32,000 nt of DNA from Aquifex aeolicus VF5 (GTDB lineage: Bacteria > Aquificota > Aquificia > Aquificales > Aquificaceae). Shown in pieces: positions 15,627 to 27,271 of the stretch (the stretch's first letter is position 1; each line of letters opens with the position of its first letter). The position numbers and the translations under genes were made by a program. Location: NCBI RefSeq assembly GCF_000008625.1, contig NC_000918.1, forward strand, positions 450,001 through 482,000, read 5' to 3'. The notes beneath the pieces were generated by a model, which did no database searches, was not told the DNA's origin, and saw only the letters and a program-made list of their open reading frames with translations.

Positions 15627-18407
15627 ATGGACAGAATCGTAATCAGAGGAGCTCGGCAACACAACCTAAAGAACATAGACGTTGAAATACCGAAAAACAA
15701 GTTAGTGGTCATAACGGGACCTTCTGGTTCGGGTAAGTCTTCTCTTGCTTTTGATACACTCTACGCGGAAGGACAGAGGAGGTACGTGGAAAGTCTTTCC
15801 GCATACGCGAGGCAGTTCCTCGGAGTTATGGAAAAACCCGAGGTTGACTCTATAGAAGGATTATCCCCTGCCATAGCGATAGACCAAAAAACAACTTCCA
15901 AAAACCCCCGTTCAACGGTGGGAACCGTAACCGAGATTTACGACTACCTGAGGGTTCTGTGGGCAAATGTAGGAAAGCCCCACTGTCCCCACTGCGGAAA
16001 TCTGCTTTCGGGACTGTCCGCCCATGAGATACTTGACAGGATAGTGGAAAAGTACAAGGGAAAAAGGGTAATGATTCTCTCCCCTATAGTCAGGGGAAAG
16101 AAGGGAGAGTTCAGGGAACTGCTGAGGCAGATTGAAAAGTGGGGTTACTCCCGCGTAAAGGTGGATGGAGAGCTCAGGAGGGTAATAGAGGTCCCGCCCC
16201 TTGAGAAGAACAAAAAACACACAATAGAACTTGTTATAGACAGACTGACGGTTAGCGAAGAAGAAAGAGCGAGACTCCTTGAGGACGTAGAAAAAGCCCT
16301 GGAGTTTTCGAGCGGACTTGTGAAGATTGAAGAGGTGGAGAGCGGAAAGGAAGAACTCTTTAGTGAAAAGCTCGTTTGTCCGGAGCACGGCTTTTCAATA
16401 CCTGAACTCTCCGCAAGACTCTTTTCCTTCAACTCACCCTACGGAGCTTGTCCTTCCTGTAAAGGGCTCGGTGTGAAGTGGGAAATAGACCCCGCGGTTT
16501 TAATAGACCCTGAAAAACCTGCAGTAAAAGCTGTAAAGATAGTAGAGAGCGGTTACTTTAATTACCTGAGGTTCCCGATCGCAAATGTAATAAGGAAGCT
16601 TGGCTACGACCCCAGAACTCCGTGGAAGAAGCTTCCCGAAAGCGTAAGGGCTACAGTTCTCTACGGGAGTGAAAGCCTGAACTTTGAAGGGATAATTCCT
16701 CACCTTGAAAGGAGATTTTTAGAGGAAGAAAGCGAAAGGATAAGGGAGGAGATAGAGGACTACATAGTGGAAAAACCCTGTCCCGAATGCAAGGGAGCGA
16801 GGCTCAGGAAGGAAGCTCTCGCGGTGCTCATAGACGGAAAGAGCATATGGGACGTTGTAAACATGCCTGTGGGAAAGGCGAAAGAGTTTTTTGAAGAGCT
16901 ATACGAAAAGCTTGAAGGTAAGGAGAAGATAATCGCTGACAGACTCCTGAAGGAGATTATTGAGAGACTGGGATTTCTCGTGAACGTGGGACTTGATTAC
17001 CTTTCCCTTTCTAGAAGTGCCACCACTCTTTCGGGCGGTGAGATGCAGAGAATTAGGCTTGCCACACAGCTTGGTTCAAAACTCACGGGGGTACTATACG
17101 TTTTAGACGAGCCTTCAATAGGACTCCATCCGAGGGACACGAGTAAGCTTATAAACACATTAAAAGGTTTAAGGGACCTCGGAAACACGGTTGTGGTCGT
17201 GGAGCACGACCCCGAGACGATAGAGTCTGCGGACCACGTAATAGAGTTGGGTCCCGGAGCTGGAAAACACGGGGGTTATCTCGTCGCTCAGGGCACCGTT
17301 GAAGAAATAAAGTCCCACCCCTCTTCCTTGACGGGGGCCTATCTTAGCGGAAGGAAAGAGATCCCTGTTCCGAAGGAGAGGAGAAAACCGAGCGGAAAGT
17401 TCATAAGGATCGTCAGAGCCAAAGAGCACAATCTCAAAAACATAAACGTTGATATACCCTTAGGTTTATTTGTGTGCATTACAGGTGTTTCGGGAAGCGG
17501 AAAGTCCACGCTTATATACGACATTCTCTACAAGTACGCGAAGAATTACTTTTACGGAACTCACGAGCAGGTGGGAGAGGTAGAAAAGATAGAGGGACTG
17601 GAAAACATAGACAAGGTTATAAACATAGACCAGTCTCCCATAGGAAGGACACCCAGGAGCAACCCCGCCACTTACACGAAAGTCTTTGACCTTATAAGAA
17701 ACCTCTTTGCCCAGACGCCGGAAGCAAAGGCAAGGGGCTATAAACCCGGCAGGTTTTCCTTCAACGTCAAGGGTGGAAGGTGTGAAGCCTGTCAGGGAGA
17801 AGGAGTCATAAAGGTTGAGATGCACTTCTTACCTCCCGTTTACGTGACCTGTGAAGTTTGTAAAGGAAAACGCTACAACAGGGAAACTCTTGAGATAACC
17901 TACAAAGGCAAGAATATAGCGGACGTCCTTGAAATGACCGTGGACGAAGCGTACGATTTCTTTGAAAATCACCCCGCAATCAGGAGAAAACTCCAAATTT
18001 TAAAGGACGTGGGGCTGGGATACATAAAGCTCGGGCAACCCGCTCCCACGCTCTCGGGCGGTGAAGCACAGAGGATAAAACTCGCGAGGGAACTCTCCAA
18101 AAAGGAAACCGGAAGAACCCTTTACCTCCTCGACGAACCCACAACGGGACTACATATGGACGACGTTAAGAAACTCATAGACGTCCTTCAAAGGCTCGTT
18201 GATAAAGGAAACACGGTAGTCGTAATAGAACACAACCTTGACGTTATAAAGTGTGCTGACTGGATTATAGACCTCGGTCCCGAAGGCGGTGAGAGAGGCG
18301 GTCAGGTTGTAGCCGTTGGAACTCCCGAGGAGGTAGCTCAAAATCCAAACTCATACACGGGCAAGTACCTGAGAAAGTACCTGAAAAAGGAAACCCTAAA
18401 GGTTTAG
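15627..18407 (+). CDS. uvrA: Excinuclease ABC subunit A
   Basis: [39 protein letters not shown], zinc-finger [56 protein letters not shown]. Confidence 0.98.
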   Translation: MDRIVIRGARQHNLKNIDVEIPKNKLVVITGPSGSGKSSLAFDTLYAEGQRRYVESLSAYARQFLGVMEKPEVDSIEGLSPAIAIDQKTTSKNPRSTVGTVTEIYDYLRVLWANVGKPHCPHCGNLLSGLSAHEILDRIVEKYKGKRVMILSPIVRGKKGEFRELLRQIEKWGYSRVKVDGELRRVIEVPPLEKNKKHTIELVIDRLTVSEEERARLLEDVEKALEFSSGLVKIEEVESGKEELFSEKLVCPEHGFSIPELSARLFSFNSPYGACPSCKGLGVKWEIDPAVLIDPEKPAVKAVKIVESGYFNYLRFPIANVIRKLGYDPRTPWKKLPESVRATVLYGSESLNFEGIIPHLERRFLEEESERIREEIEDYIVEKPCPECKGARLRKEALAVLIDGKSIWDVVNMPVGKAKEFFEELYEKLEGKEKIIADRLLKEIIERLGFLVNVGLDYLSLSRSATTLSGGEMQRIRLATQLGSKLTGVLYVLDEPSIGLHPRDTSKLINTLKGLRDLGNTVVVVEHDPETIESADHVIELGPGAGKHGGYLVAQGTVEEIKSHPSSLTGAYLSGRKEIPVPKERRKPSGKFIRIVRAKEHNLKNINVDIPLGLFVCITGVSGSGKSTLIYDILYKYAKNYFYGTHEQVGEVEKIEGLENIDKVINIDQSPIGRTPRSNPATYTKVFDLIRNLFAQTPEAKARGYKPGRFSFNVKGGRCEACQGEGVIKVEMHFLPPVYVTCEVCKGKRYNRETLEITYKGKNIADVLEMTVDEAYDFFENHPAIRRKLQILKDVGLGYIKLGQPAPTLSGGEAQRIKLARELSKKETGRTLYLLDEPTTGLHMDDVKKLIDVLQRLVDKGNTVVVIEHNLDVIKCADWIIDLGPEGGERGGQVVAVGTPEEVAQNPNSYTGKYLRKYLKKETLKV

Positions 18408-19414
18408 TAAGCAATGTGGTCGGGGTTTTTCTTCGCCTCGTAGAGTTTTTTATCTACTTCCTTTAATATCTCTTCCGGGGAATTGAAGTTTTCGTTGACT
18501 TCCAGAATTCCAAAACTCGCAGAAACTTTTAATTCCTTATCTTCACAGTAAAAGGTATGGTTTTGTATGACCGTTTTTAAGCGTCTTGCGATGTTTACAG
18601 CATCTTCCAGTTTTACACCGGGAAGTATTATTAGAAACTCATCTCCTCCGTACCTTCCGATGGCATCTTTTGCCCTCAAATACTTCCTGAGGATTTCGCC
18701 TATTCCCTTGAGTATGCAGTCTCCCACGAGGTGCCCGTACTCGTCGTTAATTTCCTTAAAGTTATTTAAATCCATCATTATTACGGAGAAGGGGTATCCG
18801 TAGTTTTTATAATCCTTGAAGTAATCCTCCAGAGCTTTCTGAATAGAACGCCTGTTTTTTAATCCGGTGAGGTAATCTATAAAAGCCTGTTTCTTTAAAG
18901 CGTCAAGTTCTTTTTTGAGTCTTTCTGTTTCCTTTTGTTTTTCTTGAAGCTTTGCTATTAACTCTTGATTGACTTTCCTCAGTTCGGAAACCTCTTTCAA
19001 AATATCCTTTAAAATGCTAATTTCTTCCTGCCTTGAGTAATCTTCCAAGGTTTTTTCGTGCTTTTCTATCTTTTTATCGTACTTTTCAACCGTCTCCAGA
19101 TACTCGTAAACCGTGTGTCTAACTTCAGTAAGAATTCTTTCTATCTCGTTAGAAAGCCTCAGGTCTATTTTAGCTTCTTTGAAAATCTTGTAGTATATGT
19201 CTATTATTTGCTCCGTAGTTGCCTCTATGTTATTTTCAACGATGTAGCAAAATACGAAAAACCACTTCGCGTAGTTCCGGGGAACGGGGACTATGTTATG
19301 CTCAACAAAGAAGTTAAACATACGCTTTATTACTTCCTTCAGGTTTCTTTTATCTACTTCGTTTAATTCTTCCCCTTCCCTTATTTTCTCATGGATCCTG
19401 CACTTGAATTCCAT
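18404..19414 (-). CDS. Diguanylate cyclase (GGDEF) with N-terminal helical domain and coiled-coil
   Basis: [13 protein letters not shown] catalytic motif with RAKD (RxxD I-site) five residues upstream; [12 protein letters not shown]; coiled-coil before GGDEF. Confidence 0.94.
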   Translation of the reverse strand: MEFKCRIHEKIREGEELNEVDKRNLKEVIKRMFNFFVEHNIVPVPRNYAKWFFVFCYIVENNIEATTEQIIDIYYKIFKEAKIDLRLSNEIERILTEVRHTVYEYLETVEKYDKKIEKHEKTLEDYSRQEEISILKDILKEVSELRKVNQELIAKLQEKQKETERLKKELDALKKQAFIDYLTGLKNRRSIQKALEDYFKDYKNYGYPFSVIMMDLNNFKEINDEYGHLVGDCILKGIGEILRKYLRAKDAIGRYGGDEFLIILPGVKLEDAVNIARRLKTVIQNHTFYCEDKELKVSASFGILEVNENFNSPEEILKEVDKKLYEAKKNPDHIAY

Positions 19415-19426
19415 TAGGAGTAAATT

Positions 19427-20764
19427 TTAGCAAACTTTAACTAACCCTTCCGGCACAAGGTTATTTTCCTTTATCCACTTTTCCATAGTCTCGAGTGCCC
19501 TTTTAGCCATTAATTCCTTTCTCTTCTTCTTATCCCTTACCTTCTTTTCCAGAGGGGGAAGGAGTCCGAATACGGGGTTCATGGGCTGGAGTTCTCCTTC
19601 TTTTGTTACTATGTAATTGACGAGAGCACCGAGCATAGTTTCTGTTGGAGCTTTTAAGGGTTTTTCTCCTCTCGCGAGTCTTCCCGCATTTATGCCTGCC
19701 AGTATTCCCGTGGCGGAAGAGGCGACGTAACCTTCCACTCCCGTTATCTGTCCCGCGAAGAAGATATTTTCCTTCTTCTTCAGGTTCAGGTAATGGGTGA
19801 GGACCTTGTTTGACTGGATAAAAGTGTTCCTGTGCATGGAACCTAGTCTCACGAACACCGCGTTCCTGAGGCAGGGAATGAGTCTAAAGACTCTCTTTTG
19901 TTCCTTGTAAGTCAGTTTTGTTTGAAATCCCACGAGGGAGAGTAGTGTCCCTTCCTTGTTTTCCTTCCTCAGCTGAACCACCGCAAAGGGTTCTTTACCG
20001 GTTCTCGGGTCTACGAGCCCCACGGGTTTCATAGGTCCGAAGAGAAGGGTTTTGTATCCCCTTTCCGCCATTTCTTCTATCGGAAGGCAACCCTCAAAGT
20101 GAACGGCCTTTTCAAAATCCTTCGGCTTAACCTTTTCGGCTTTTAGGAGTTCCTCGTAAAATTTCTTATACTCCTCTTCCGTAAGGACGCAGTTGAAGTA
20201 ATCGTCTCCACCTTTTCCGTACCTCGAGCCCCAGAAACCCTTGCTAAAGTCCACGCTTTCCGCTTCAACTATCGGAGCTATTGCGTCGTAAAAGTAGAGG
20301 GTATCGTACCCAACTAGTTCCTTTATTTTTTCAGAAAGTGCGTCCGAGGTAAGGGGTCCCGTCGCTATAACGACAACCTCATCCTCCGGAATTTCCTTTA
20401 CCTCTTCCCTGATAAGGGTTATGTTGGGGTGGCTTTCTATCTTTTCGGTTATGTATTCGGAAAATATCTTTCTGTCAACTCCAAGTGCTCCGCCCGCGGG
20501 CACCCTTGCTACCTTTGCCGCCTCAATCACTAAAGAGCCGAGCTTCTGCATTTCCGCCTTCAAAAGCCCGGCTCCAGTTGTTAATTCCAGTCCTCCGAGC
20601 GTATTACTGCAAACGAGTTCCGCCAGATTTCCCGTTTTGTGAGCGGGAGTCATCTTCTTGGGTCTCATTTCGTAGAGTATTACCCTGTGTCCTTCGTTTG
20701 CGAGTCTCCACGCTGCTTCTGAGCCAGCAAGCCCTCCTCCGATTACTATAACCTTTTCCTTCAT
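19427..20764 (-). CDS. trmFO: Folate-dependent tRNA (uracil-54-C5) methyltransferase TrmFO
   Basis: VIVIGGGLAGSEAAWRLANEGHRVILYEMRPKKMTPAHKTGNLAELVCSNTLGG; AGQITGVEGYVASSATGILAGINA. Confidence 0.95.
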   Translation of the reverse strand: MKEKVIVIGGGLAGSEAAWRLANEGHRVILYEMRPKKMTPAHKTGNLAELVCSNTLGGLELTTGAGLLKAEMQKLGSLVIEAAKVARVPAGGALGVDRKIFSEYITEKIESHPNITLIREEVKEIPEDEVVVIATGPLTSDALSEKIKELVGYDTLYFYDAIAPIVEAESVDFSKGFWGSRYGKGGDDYFNCVLTEEEYKKFYEELLKAEKVKPKDFEKAVHFEGCLPIEEMAERGYKTLLFGPMKPVGLVDPRTGKEPFAVVQLRKENKEGTLLSLVGFQTKLTYKEQKRVFRLIPCLRNAVFVRLGSMHRNTFIQSNKVLTHYLNLKKKENIFFAGQITGVEGYVASSATGILAGINAGRLARGEKPLKAPTETMLGALVNYIVTKEGELQPMNPVFGLLPPLEKKVRDKKKRKELMAKRALETMEKWIKENNLVPEGLVKVC

Positions 20765-20781
20765 TGCTTTTATGAATTTAA

Positions 20782-21501
<720 letters not shown>

Positions 21502-21511
21502 AAAAAGGAAA

Positions 21512-21526
21512 GCTCCTCGCAGGGGC
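21512..21526. terminator. Weak candidate hairpin between convergent kdsB and porin genes
   Basis: GCTCC-TCGCA-GGGGC with one G-T wobble on the plus strand. On the minus strand the stem has one C-A mismatch but is followed by TTTCCTTTTTTT, so it could terminate the porin transcript. Confidence 0.3.
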
Positions 21527-21538
21527 AAAAAGGAACTG

Positions 21539-22783
21539 TCAGAAGTAAAACTGCATCTGTATCTGGTGAACCGTTTGGTCCTTTTCGTCTTTTTCTTTGT
21601 TATCTATAAACAGGACGTTGTAGCCCCACTTAATCTTATGACCTTTTATGTAGTGGTTGAAACCGAGGGTGATTATGTCTTTCTTGTGTTTAGTAACGTC
21701 GTTCTTTTTATCTTCCTGCTTGAAGTGTTCGTACCTCGCTGCGGGTTCAAACTTTCCGTAAGGAGTGGGTATCAGGTATCCTGCCTGAATGTAGTAACCT
21801 TTTTCTTCAAGGTCTAACTTATCGTACTTCATCTTCACGTATTCCGCCTGAGCGACGAGTGCACCTGGTCCCAAGTGGAACCTTCCGAATATATCTCCGC
21901 CCCAGACAGTTGCTTCTTCATTCTTTATGTTTTTATCCGTTATATCAAAATCGCTGTTCTTAGCGTAATTGAGTCCTACGCTGATCACGTCTCCTTTGTT
22001 CTTTTCACCTATACCAGTGTCGTCCTTTTTCTTTTCTACGAATCCCGGAGGAGAGAACTCAAGTCTTATGGCGTAAGCGTCACCGAGGGAAGTATCCGCT
22101 TTTACTGTTCCTCCTGTCTTGTTTTTACTTTCTATGGTTGAACCGTCCCATATTGAGAGCATGTACCTGAATATTCCGCCTGCAACCTTTCCGTGGAACA
22201 TTATTTGGTTGGAGTCGTAATCTCCGAGCCACTTCTTGGCGTCTTCCGTAACGTAGGGTCTCTCTATCAGGAGCTGTCTTGAGGAAGAAGTTAGGGAAAC
22301 TCTTGAGTAGGGTATCTTATTCTTACCTATCCTTACCGCAAACTCGTCAACAAAGGTCCAGTCTGCATAAGCGTACTTAACTTTTGGATCAAAGGAATGG
22401 TGTTCCTTTTCTCCTTTCTTGTAATCGTAGTCCCTTTCTCCTTTGTCCGAGTGTAAGGTAAAGTTTATCTTTAGTTTCTTACCGAAGGGTATATTCTTCC
22501 ATTCTTTGGAAATTTCAAGTCTTACCCTTCTGAAGTAAAAGTCACTCCTGCTCTTGTAGTCGTTGTTTTCCTTGTAAATATCACCGAAATCAATTCTGGG
22601 CTGGAGCCTGATTTTTACCTTCAAGTGAGGGTGTTTCTTAGCAACTTTTTTCACTTCCTTTGCTTCTTCTTTGGTAATTACCCCCTTTTCTTCTAGTTTT
22701 TTCAGAAGGACGTCCAAGGGATCACTTTCTGCAAAGCTAACAACCGGCAGAATGGCAGAAGCAAGCATAAGTCTTTTCAACAT
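21539..22783 (-). CDS. Outer-membrane porin, phosphate-selective OprO/OprP-like
   Basis: Signal peptide (MLKRLMLASAILPVVSFAES), FYFRRVRLEISKEW, beta-strand pattern ending in aromatic residues (QIQMQFYF). Strong AGGAGGTGG Shine-Dalgarno. Confidence 0.8.
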   Translation of the reverse strand: MLKRLMLASAILPVVSFAESDPLDVLLKKLEEKGVITKEEAKEVKKVAKKHPHLKVKIRLQPRIDFGDIYKENNDYKSRSDFYFRRVRLEISKEWKNIPFGKKLKINFTLHSDKGERDYDYKKGEKEHHSFDPKVKYAYADWTFVDEFAVRIGKNKIPYSRVSLTSSSRQLLIERPYVTEDAKKWLGDYDSNQIMFHGKVAGGIFRYMLSIWDGSTIESKNKTGGTVKADTSLGDAYAIRLEFSPPGFVEKKKDDTGIGEKNKGDVISVGLNYAKNSDFDITDKNIKNEEATVWGGDIFGRFHLGPGALVAQAEYVKMKYDKLDLEEKGYYIQAGYLIPTPYGKFEPAARYEHFKQEDKKNDVTKHKKDIITLGFNHYIKGHKIKWGYNVLFIDNKEKDEKDQTVHQIQMQFYF

Positions 22784-22893
22784 TTTCCACCTCCTTATCG
22801 ATCAATCATTTGTTGAGGGAGTTTAAATGAATTTTGTTAAGATTTTTTTTAGAAAAAATTAAAAAATTGTTAAGAGGAGAAAAAAGGAAGGAA

Positions 22894-25800
22894 TTAATCC
22901 GCCATCAGGTCTCTTTTTATCATCTCAGGAGTGGGACAGGCTTCTGGAGGCATCCTCTTTATTTTGGAAGCATAGTACATGACGGGAATGAGAACGAGGG
23001 TGAGGGTCGTAGAACCTATGGTTCCGAAGATAAGGGATATAGCAAGTCCGTTGAATATCGGGTCAAAGATTATAACGAAAGCACCGATTATAACAGCAGC
23101 TGCTGTAAGGAGTATGGGTCTGGTTCTTATGACTCCCGCTTCCACTACGGCAACGTGAACGGGGAGTCCTTCTTTTAACCTCTGCTCCGCAAAGTCAACG
23201 AGGAGAATAGAGTTTCTCACTATGATACCGCCGAGGGCGATAAAACCTATCATAGAAGTTGCGGTGAAGAAGACGTTACCCATTATCTTGTCCATGAGCC
23301 AGTGTCCGGGGATTATTCCCACCAGCGTCAGGGGTATGGGGGCAAGGATAATTCCGGGTATCCTGAAGTCTTTGAACCATCCCAGGACGAGGACGTACAT
23401 AACGAATACCGCAACCGCGAAGGCGAGTCCGAGGTCTCTGAACACTTCAAGGGTTATGTGCATTTCCCCGTCCCACTTCACGTAAACCCTGTCCTCAAGG
23501 ACGGGCAGGGACATCCAGAGTTCTCCCACTTCTCCGTAAGGGTTTTCTATATTGAGGATTTTATCCCTGACGTCCAGTATTCCGTAAATGGGTGCCTCTT
23601 CCCTTCCAGCAACGTCACCGATAACGTATATAACCCTTCTGAGGTTCTTGTGGTAAATAGTTTCGGGAATGGGACCTTCTTTAATTTCCACGAGTTCTGA
23701 AAGCGGGATAAGCTTTCCTTCCCTGTTGGGTATCTTTACATTTTTAAGTAGCTCAGGAACCCTGTACTTTTCGTCGAGTCTTATTATTATGGGAACGTGT
23801 TCCGTGTCGGTAGTTTGCATTATGCCCGCCTGCCATCCGCCTATGAGAGCTTTGAGCGTGTAAACGACTTCCTGCTTTGTGAGTCCTGCAAGTTTTACCT
23901 TGTCCTCTTTAACCTCGAACCTTATCATGGGAGCGGGGTATTCAAGGTAAATTCCCTCATCGGTTATGGCGGGTGAGTCTTTGAATATCTTGAGAACCCT
24001 CCATGCGAATTCTCTCTGAACTTTCATGTCAGGGGCGTAAACTTCCGCGACTATCGGGGAGAGAACAGGAGGTCCGGGCGGGACTTCTACCACAGCTACG
24101 TACTTAGCACCGTACTTGCTGGCTATTTCATGAACTTTCGGTCTTATAAGTTTTGCAAATTCGTGGGACTGTAAATCCCTGTCATGCTTTCCTACGAGGT
24201 TTACCTGAATTTCTGCAAGGTTTGAAGCCTGCCTGAGGTAGTAGTGTCTCACTAGTCCGTTAAAGGTAAAGGGTGCAGCGGTTCCCGCGTATATCTGGTA
24301 ATCCGTGACTATAGAATACCTTCCCACGTAATCCGCGATTTCCTTTGCGACTTTTAAGGTGTCTTCGAGTGTCGTTCCTTCGGGCATGTCAAGGACTATC
24401 TCTAGTTCGGATTTGTTGTCGTAAGGGAGCATCTTAACGAGAACAGTTTTTGTAAAGAGCAGTCCCACGGAACCGCCCATGAGGGCGAGGACGAATAGGT
24501 AGAAGGCATACCTCTTTAACTTGCTCGCAAGAAGCGGATACATTATGTGACAGTAAAGCTTCCAGAAAAGCGTTTTCCTTATGTTTATCTCTTCGTGTTC
24601 CCTTTCTTTCTTGAGGATGTGGTAAGCCGCCCAGGGTGTTACGATAAACGCAACTAAAAGCGAGAAGAACATTGCGACCGAAGCGTTGATGGGTATGGGT
24701 CTCATGTAGGGACCCATCATTCCAGTGACAAAAGCCATGGGCATCAGAGCGGCTATAACGGTGAAGGTTGCGAGGATTGTGGGGTTTCCTACCTCGTCCG
24801 TTGCGTGGACTATGGCGTCTCTGGGGGGCAGTTTTTGCATTTCAAACCATCTGTGTATGTTCTCAACGACGACTATCGCGTCGTCAACGAGTATACCGAT
24901 GGAGAATATAAGTGCGAAAAGCGTAACCCTGTTGAGGGTAAATCCGTACATTTCGTTTAAAAAGAGTGCTATGGAGAGTGTAACGGGAACCGCCAGACCG
25001 ACTACTATCGCTTCCCTCACTCCTAACGAGACCGCAATCAGGAGAACAACGGAGAAGGTAGCTATAAAGAGGTGTTCGAGAAGTTCCAACGCCTTTTCCT
25101 GTGCGGTCTCACCGTAGTTCCTCGTCACGGTTATGTTCACGTCCGAGGGGATTACCTTTCCTTTTAAGCTTTCAACGAACTCAATAACCTGCTCCGCAAC
25201 AACTACCGCGTTAGTTCCCTTTCTCTTCGCCACCGCTATCGTGACGGCGGGATAAAGCTCTCCCGGTTTTCCTTCTATGCCCTTGTACTCGTGAGCTTCA
25301 CCGATTCCGAAAAAGACGTAATCCTTTATCTCGGAGGGACCGTCCACAATCTTCGCTACGTCCTTTAAGAATATGACCCTTCCGTTCCTAACACCTACAA
25401 CTACGTTTTCAACGTCTCTGACTGATTTGAAAAATGGACCCGTCTTTACAAGGTATTCCATATTCCCCTTGTTTATCTTTCCGCTTATAGCCTGAGCGTT
25501 TGCGCTCCTTAAAAGTTGGTCTATGTAAAGGGGAGATATTCCGTAGGCTGCCATTTTGGCAGGGTCGAGAATTATCCTTATCTGCCTCGGTCTTCCGCCG
25601 ATAAGGTAAACATTTGCAACGTTTTCAATCTTCTTTATCTCGTTCTGGAGCGTAGCCGCGAGTCTTCTTAACTCGTACCAGTCGTAATTCTCACCCCAGA
25701 GTGTTAGCGTAAGGATTGGAACGTCGTCTATTGACATGAGCCTGACTACAGGGGGAAGGATTACTCCGGGAGGTGCCTTGTCCAGCGCGGACATCATCTT

Positions 25801-26142
25801 GGAGTTGAGGTCAACGAGTGCCTTTACGGGGTCCGTTCCCACGTAGAACCTTGCAGTCACTATTCCCATATCGTTTGTGGAAGCTGAATATATGTACTCT
25901 ATGTCTTTTAGTTCCCAGAGAATCTTTTCCAAGGGAAAGACTACCCTCGCTTCAACTTCCTCGGGAGTTGCCCCAGGGTAAGGGATAAATATATCTATCA
26001 TCGGAACTACTATCTGGGGCTCTTCTTCCCTCGGTGTAGTTAAAACCGCAAACAGTCCTAAAGCGAGAGAAACGAGTATGAGTATGGGAGTGAGTTTAGA
26101 GTCTATAAAGAAGTTTGCGAGTCTTCCTGCCAATCCGTACAT
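22894..26142 (-). CDS. RND-family efflux permease (AcrB/CzcA-like)
   Basis: 1082 aa; PREEEPQIVVPMIDIFIPYPGATPEEVE; GILVDDAIVVVENIHRWFE (TM4 Asp pair); NSILLVDFAEQR; two large periplasmic loops. Confidence 0.95.
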   Translation of the reverse strand: MYGLAGRLANFFIDSKLTPILILVSLALGLFAVLTTPREEEPQIVVPMIDIFIPYPGATPEEVEARVVFPLEKILWELKDIEYIYSASTNDMGIVTARFYVGTDPVKALVDLNSKMMSALDKAPPGVILPPVVRLMSIDDVPILTLTLWGENYDWYELRRLAATLQNEIKKIENVANVYLIGGRPRQIRIILDPAKMAAYGISPLYIDQLLRSANAQAISGKINKGNMEYLVKTGPFFKSVRDVENVVVGVRNGRVIFLKDVAKIVDGPSEIKDYVFFGIGEAHEYKGIEGKPGELYPAVTIAVAKRKGTNAVVVAEQVIEFVESLKGKVIPSDVNITVTRNYGETAQEKALELLEHLFIATFSVVLLIAVSLGVREAIVVGLAVPVTLSIALFLNEMYGFTLNRVTLFALIFSIGILVDDAIVVVENIHRWFEMQKLPPRDAIVHATDEVGNPTILATFTVIAALMPMAFVTGMMGPYMRPIPINASVAMFFSLLVAFIVTPWAAYHILKKEREHEEINIRKTLFWKLYCHIMYPLLASKLKRYAFYLFVLALMGGSVGLLFTKTVLVKMLPYDNKSELEIVLDMPEGTTLEDTLKVAKEIADYVGRYSIVTDYQIYAGTAAPFTFNGLVRHYYLRQASNLAEIQVNLVGKHDRDLQSHEFAKLIRPKVHEIASKYGAKYVAVVEVPPGPPVLSPIVAEVYAPDMKVQREFAWRVLKIFKDSPAITDEGIYLEYPAPMIRFEVKEDKVKLAGLTKQEVVYTLKALIGGWQAGIMQTTDTEHVPIIIRLDEKYRVPELLKNVKIPNREGKLIPLSELVEIKEGPIPETIYHKNLRRVIYVIGDVAGREEAPIYGILDVRDKILNIENPYGEVGELWMSLPVLEDRVYVKWDGEMHITLEVFRDLGLAFAVAVFVMYVLVLGWFKDFRIPGIILAPIPLTLVGIIPGHWLMDKIMGNVFFTATSMIGFIALGGIIVRNSILLVDFAEQRLKEGLPVHVAVVEAGVIRTRPILLTAAAVIIGAFVIIFDPIFNGLAISLIFGTIGSTTLTLVLIPVMYYASKIKRMPPEACPTPEMIKRDLMAD

Positions 26143-26146
26143 CGGA

Positions 26147-27271
26147 TTAACCTCCTACCCTGCAACCTTCACAGGCCCTTTCTATACCCTCAACCACAAT
26201 CCTTTCTCCGGGAGAAAGACCTGCAAGGACCTCGTAGTAATTGCCTAACTTCCTTCCGAGTCTGATAAGCCTGAGCTGAAGTGTGCCGTCGGGTTTTACG
26301 ACCCATACTCCCGTAAAGTCCCACCTCTTGTAAATCGCCTTTTCAGGTATGAGAACCGTGGGTTCTTCTATTTTCTCAAGTTTGAAAACCTTTACAAAGA
26401 GTCCGCTCTTTACGTTGTTGTCGTCTATTAAAGCCTTTACCTTAAAGGTTCTGCTCACGGGATCCACCGCGGGCTCCACTTCGACTACTTTTGCAGGGAA
26501 CACCCTTCCGAGCTTTTCAACGTAGACTTCCAGCGTGTCTCCTATATTTATCTCTCCGAAGTATTTCTCGGGGAAACTGACTTCTACCTTGTAGGGTCTC
26601 GTTTCAAGTACTGCAAGGGGCATACCGGGGTTTGCTATGTCTCCCCTGTCTACCATTTTCTGTATTACGTAACCGTCAAAGGGAGCTTTTACTTCCGCAT
26701 AAGAAAGCTGAGCCTTTGCGGAGTTATAAGCTTCCCTAGCTACCCTGATTTCGGCTTTTGCCGCCTGGAGTTTTGCCTTTGCAGCGAGGTACTGTGCTTC
26801 TACTTGATCAAATTCATGTTGAGTTATCGCACCTTCTTTTAGGAGTTTCTTAAACCTCTCGTATGTCTTCTTTACGGCCTCGTAGTGTGCCTTTGCGGCT
26901 TCGTAATTCTTTTGAGCTTGAGCAATTCTTTGCTTCATTATGTTTATCTGAGCCTTTACGTCTCTTGGGTCTATAACAAATAGAGTTTGACCTTTTTTGA
27001 CGAAATCTCCCTCTTTTACCTTTACGTCAACCACGTATCCCATAACTCTCGTTGATATCTCCGCCCTGTCTCCCGCTACTATCGTTCCTGGGTATTCCAC
27101 GGGCACTTCCTTTACTACTTTGACGGGCTCCACTACCAGACCGCTTACGGTCTTGGTTTCTCTCTTTACCTCCTCCGCGTGTATCTTGGGGTGGAACACT
27201 CCTGCGAGCCACATTATTATGAGCACTATCGGTATAACTAGAAAGACCATGTACTTAATTAAGGTCTTCAT
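26147..27271 (-). CDS. RND periplasmic adaptor (membrane fusion protein)
   Basis: N-terminal anchor, GTIVAGDRAEISTRVMGYVVDVKVKEGDFVKKGQTLFVIDP barrel/lipoyl region, alpha-hairpin, SYAEVKAPFDGYVIQK. Confidence 0.94.
   Translation of the reverse strand: MKTLIKYMVFLVIPIVLIIMWLAGVFHPKIHAEEVKRETKTVSGLVVEPVKVVKEVPVEYPGTIVAGDRAEISTRVMGYVVDVKVKEGDFVKKGQTLFVIDPRDVKAQINIMKQRIAQAQKNYEAAKAHYEAVKKTYERFKKLLKEGAITQHEFDQVEAQYLAAKAKLQAAKAEIRVAREAYNSAKAQLSYAEVKAPFDGYVIQKMVDRGDIANPGMPLAVLETRPYKVEVSFPEKYFGEINIGDTLEVYVEKLGRVFPAKVVEVEPAVDPVSRTFKVKALIDDNNVKSGLFVKVFKLEKIEEPTVLIPEKAIYKRWDFTGVWVVKPDGTLQLRLIRLGRKLGNYYEVLAGLSPGERIVVEGIERACEGCRVGG

Noticed and set aside
15912-18341. Several ORFs antisense to uvrA (for example 15912-16388, 17169-17429, 17466-17825)
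   Set aside because: Conserved uvrA motifs cover the whole region on the plus strand; the antisense frames show no domain signatures.
22834-23178. 114-aa plus-strand ORF MLRFFLEKIKKLLRGEKRKE...
   Set aside because: Mostly antisense to the RND permease C-terminus, with compositionally biased sequence and no homologous motif recognised.
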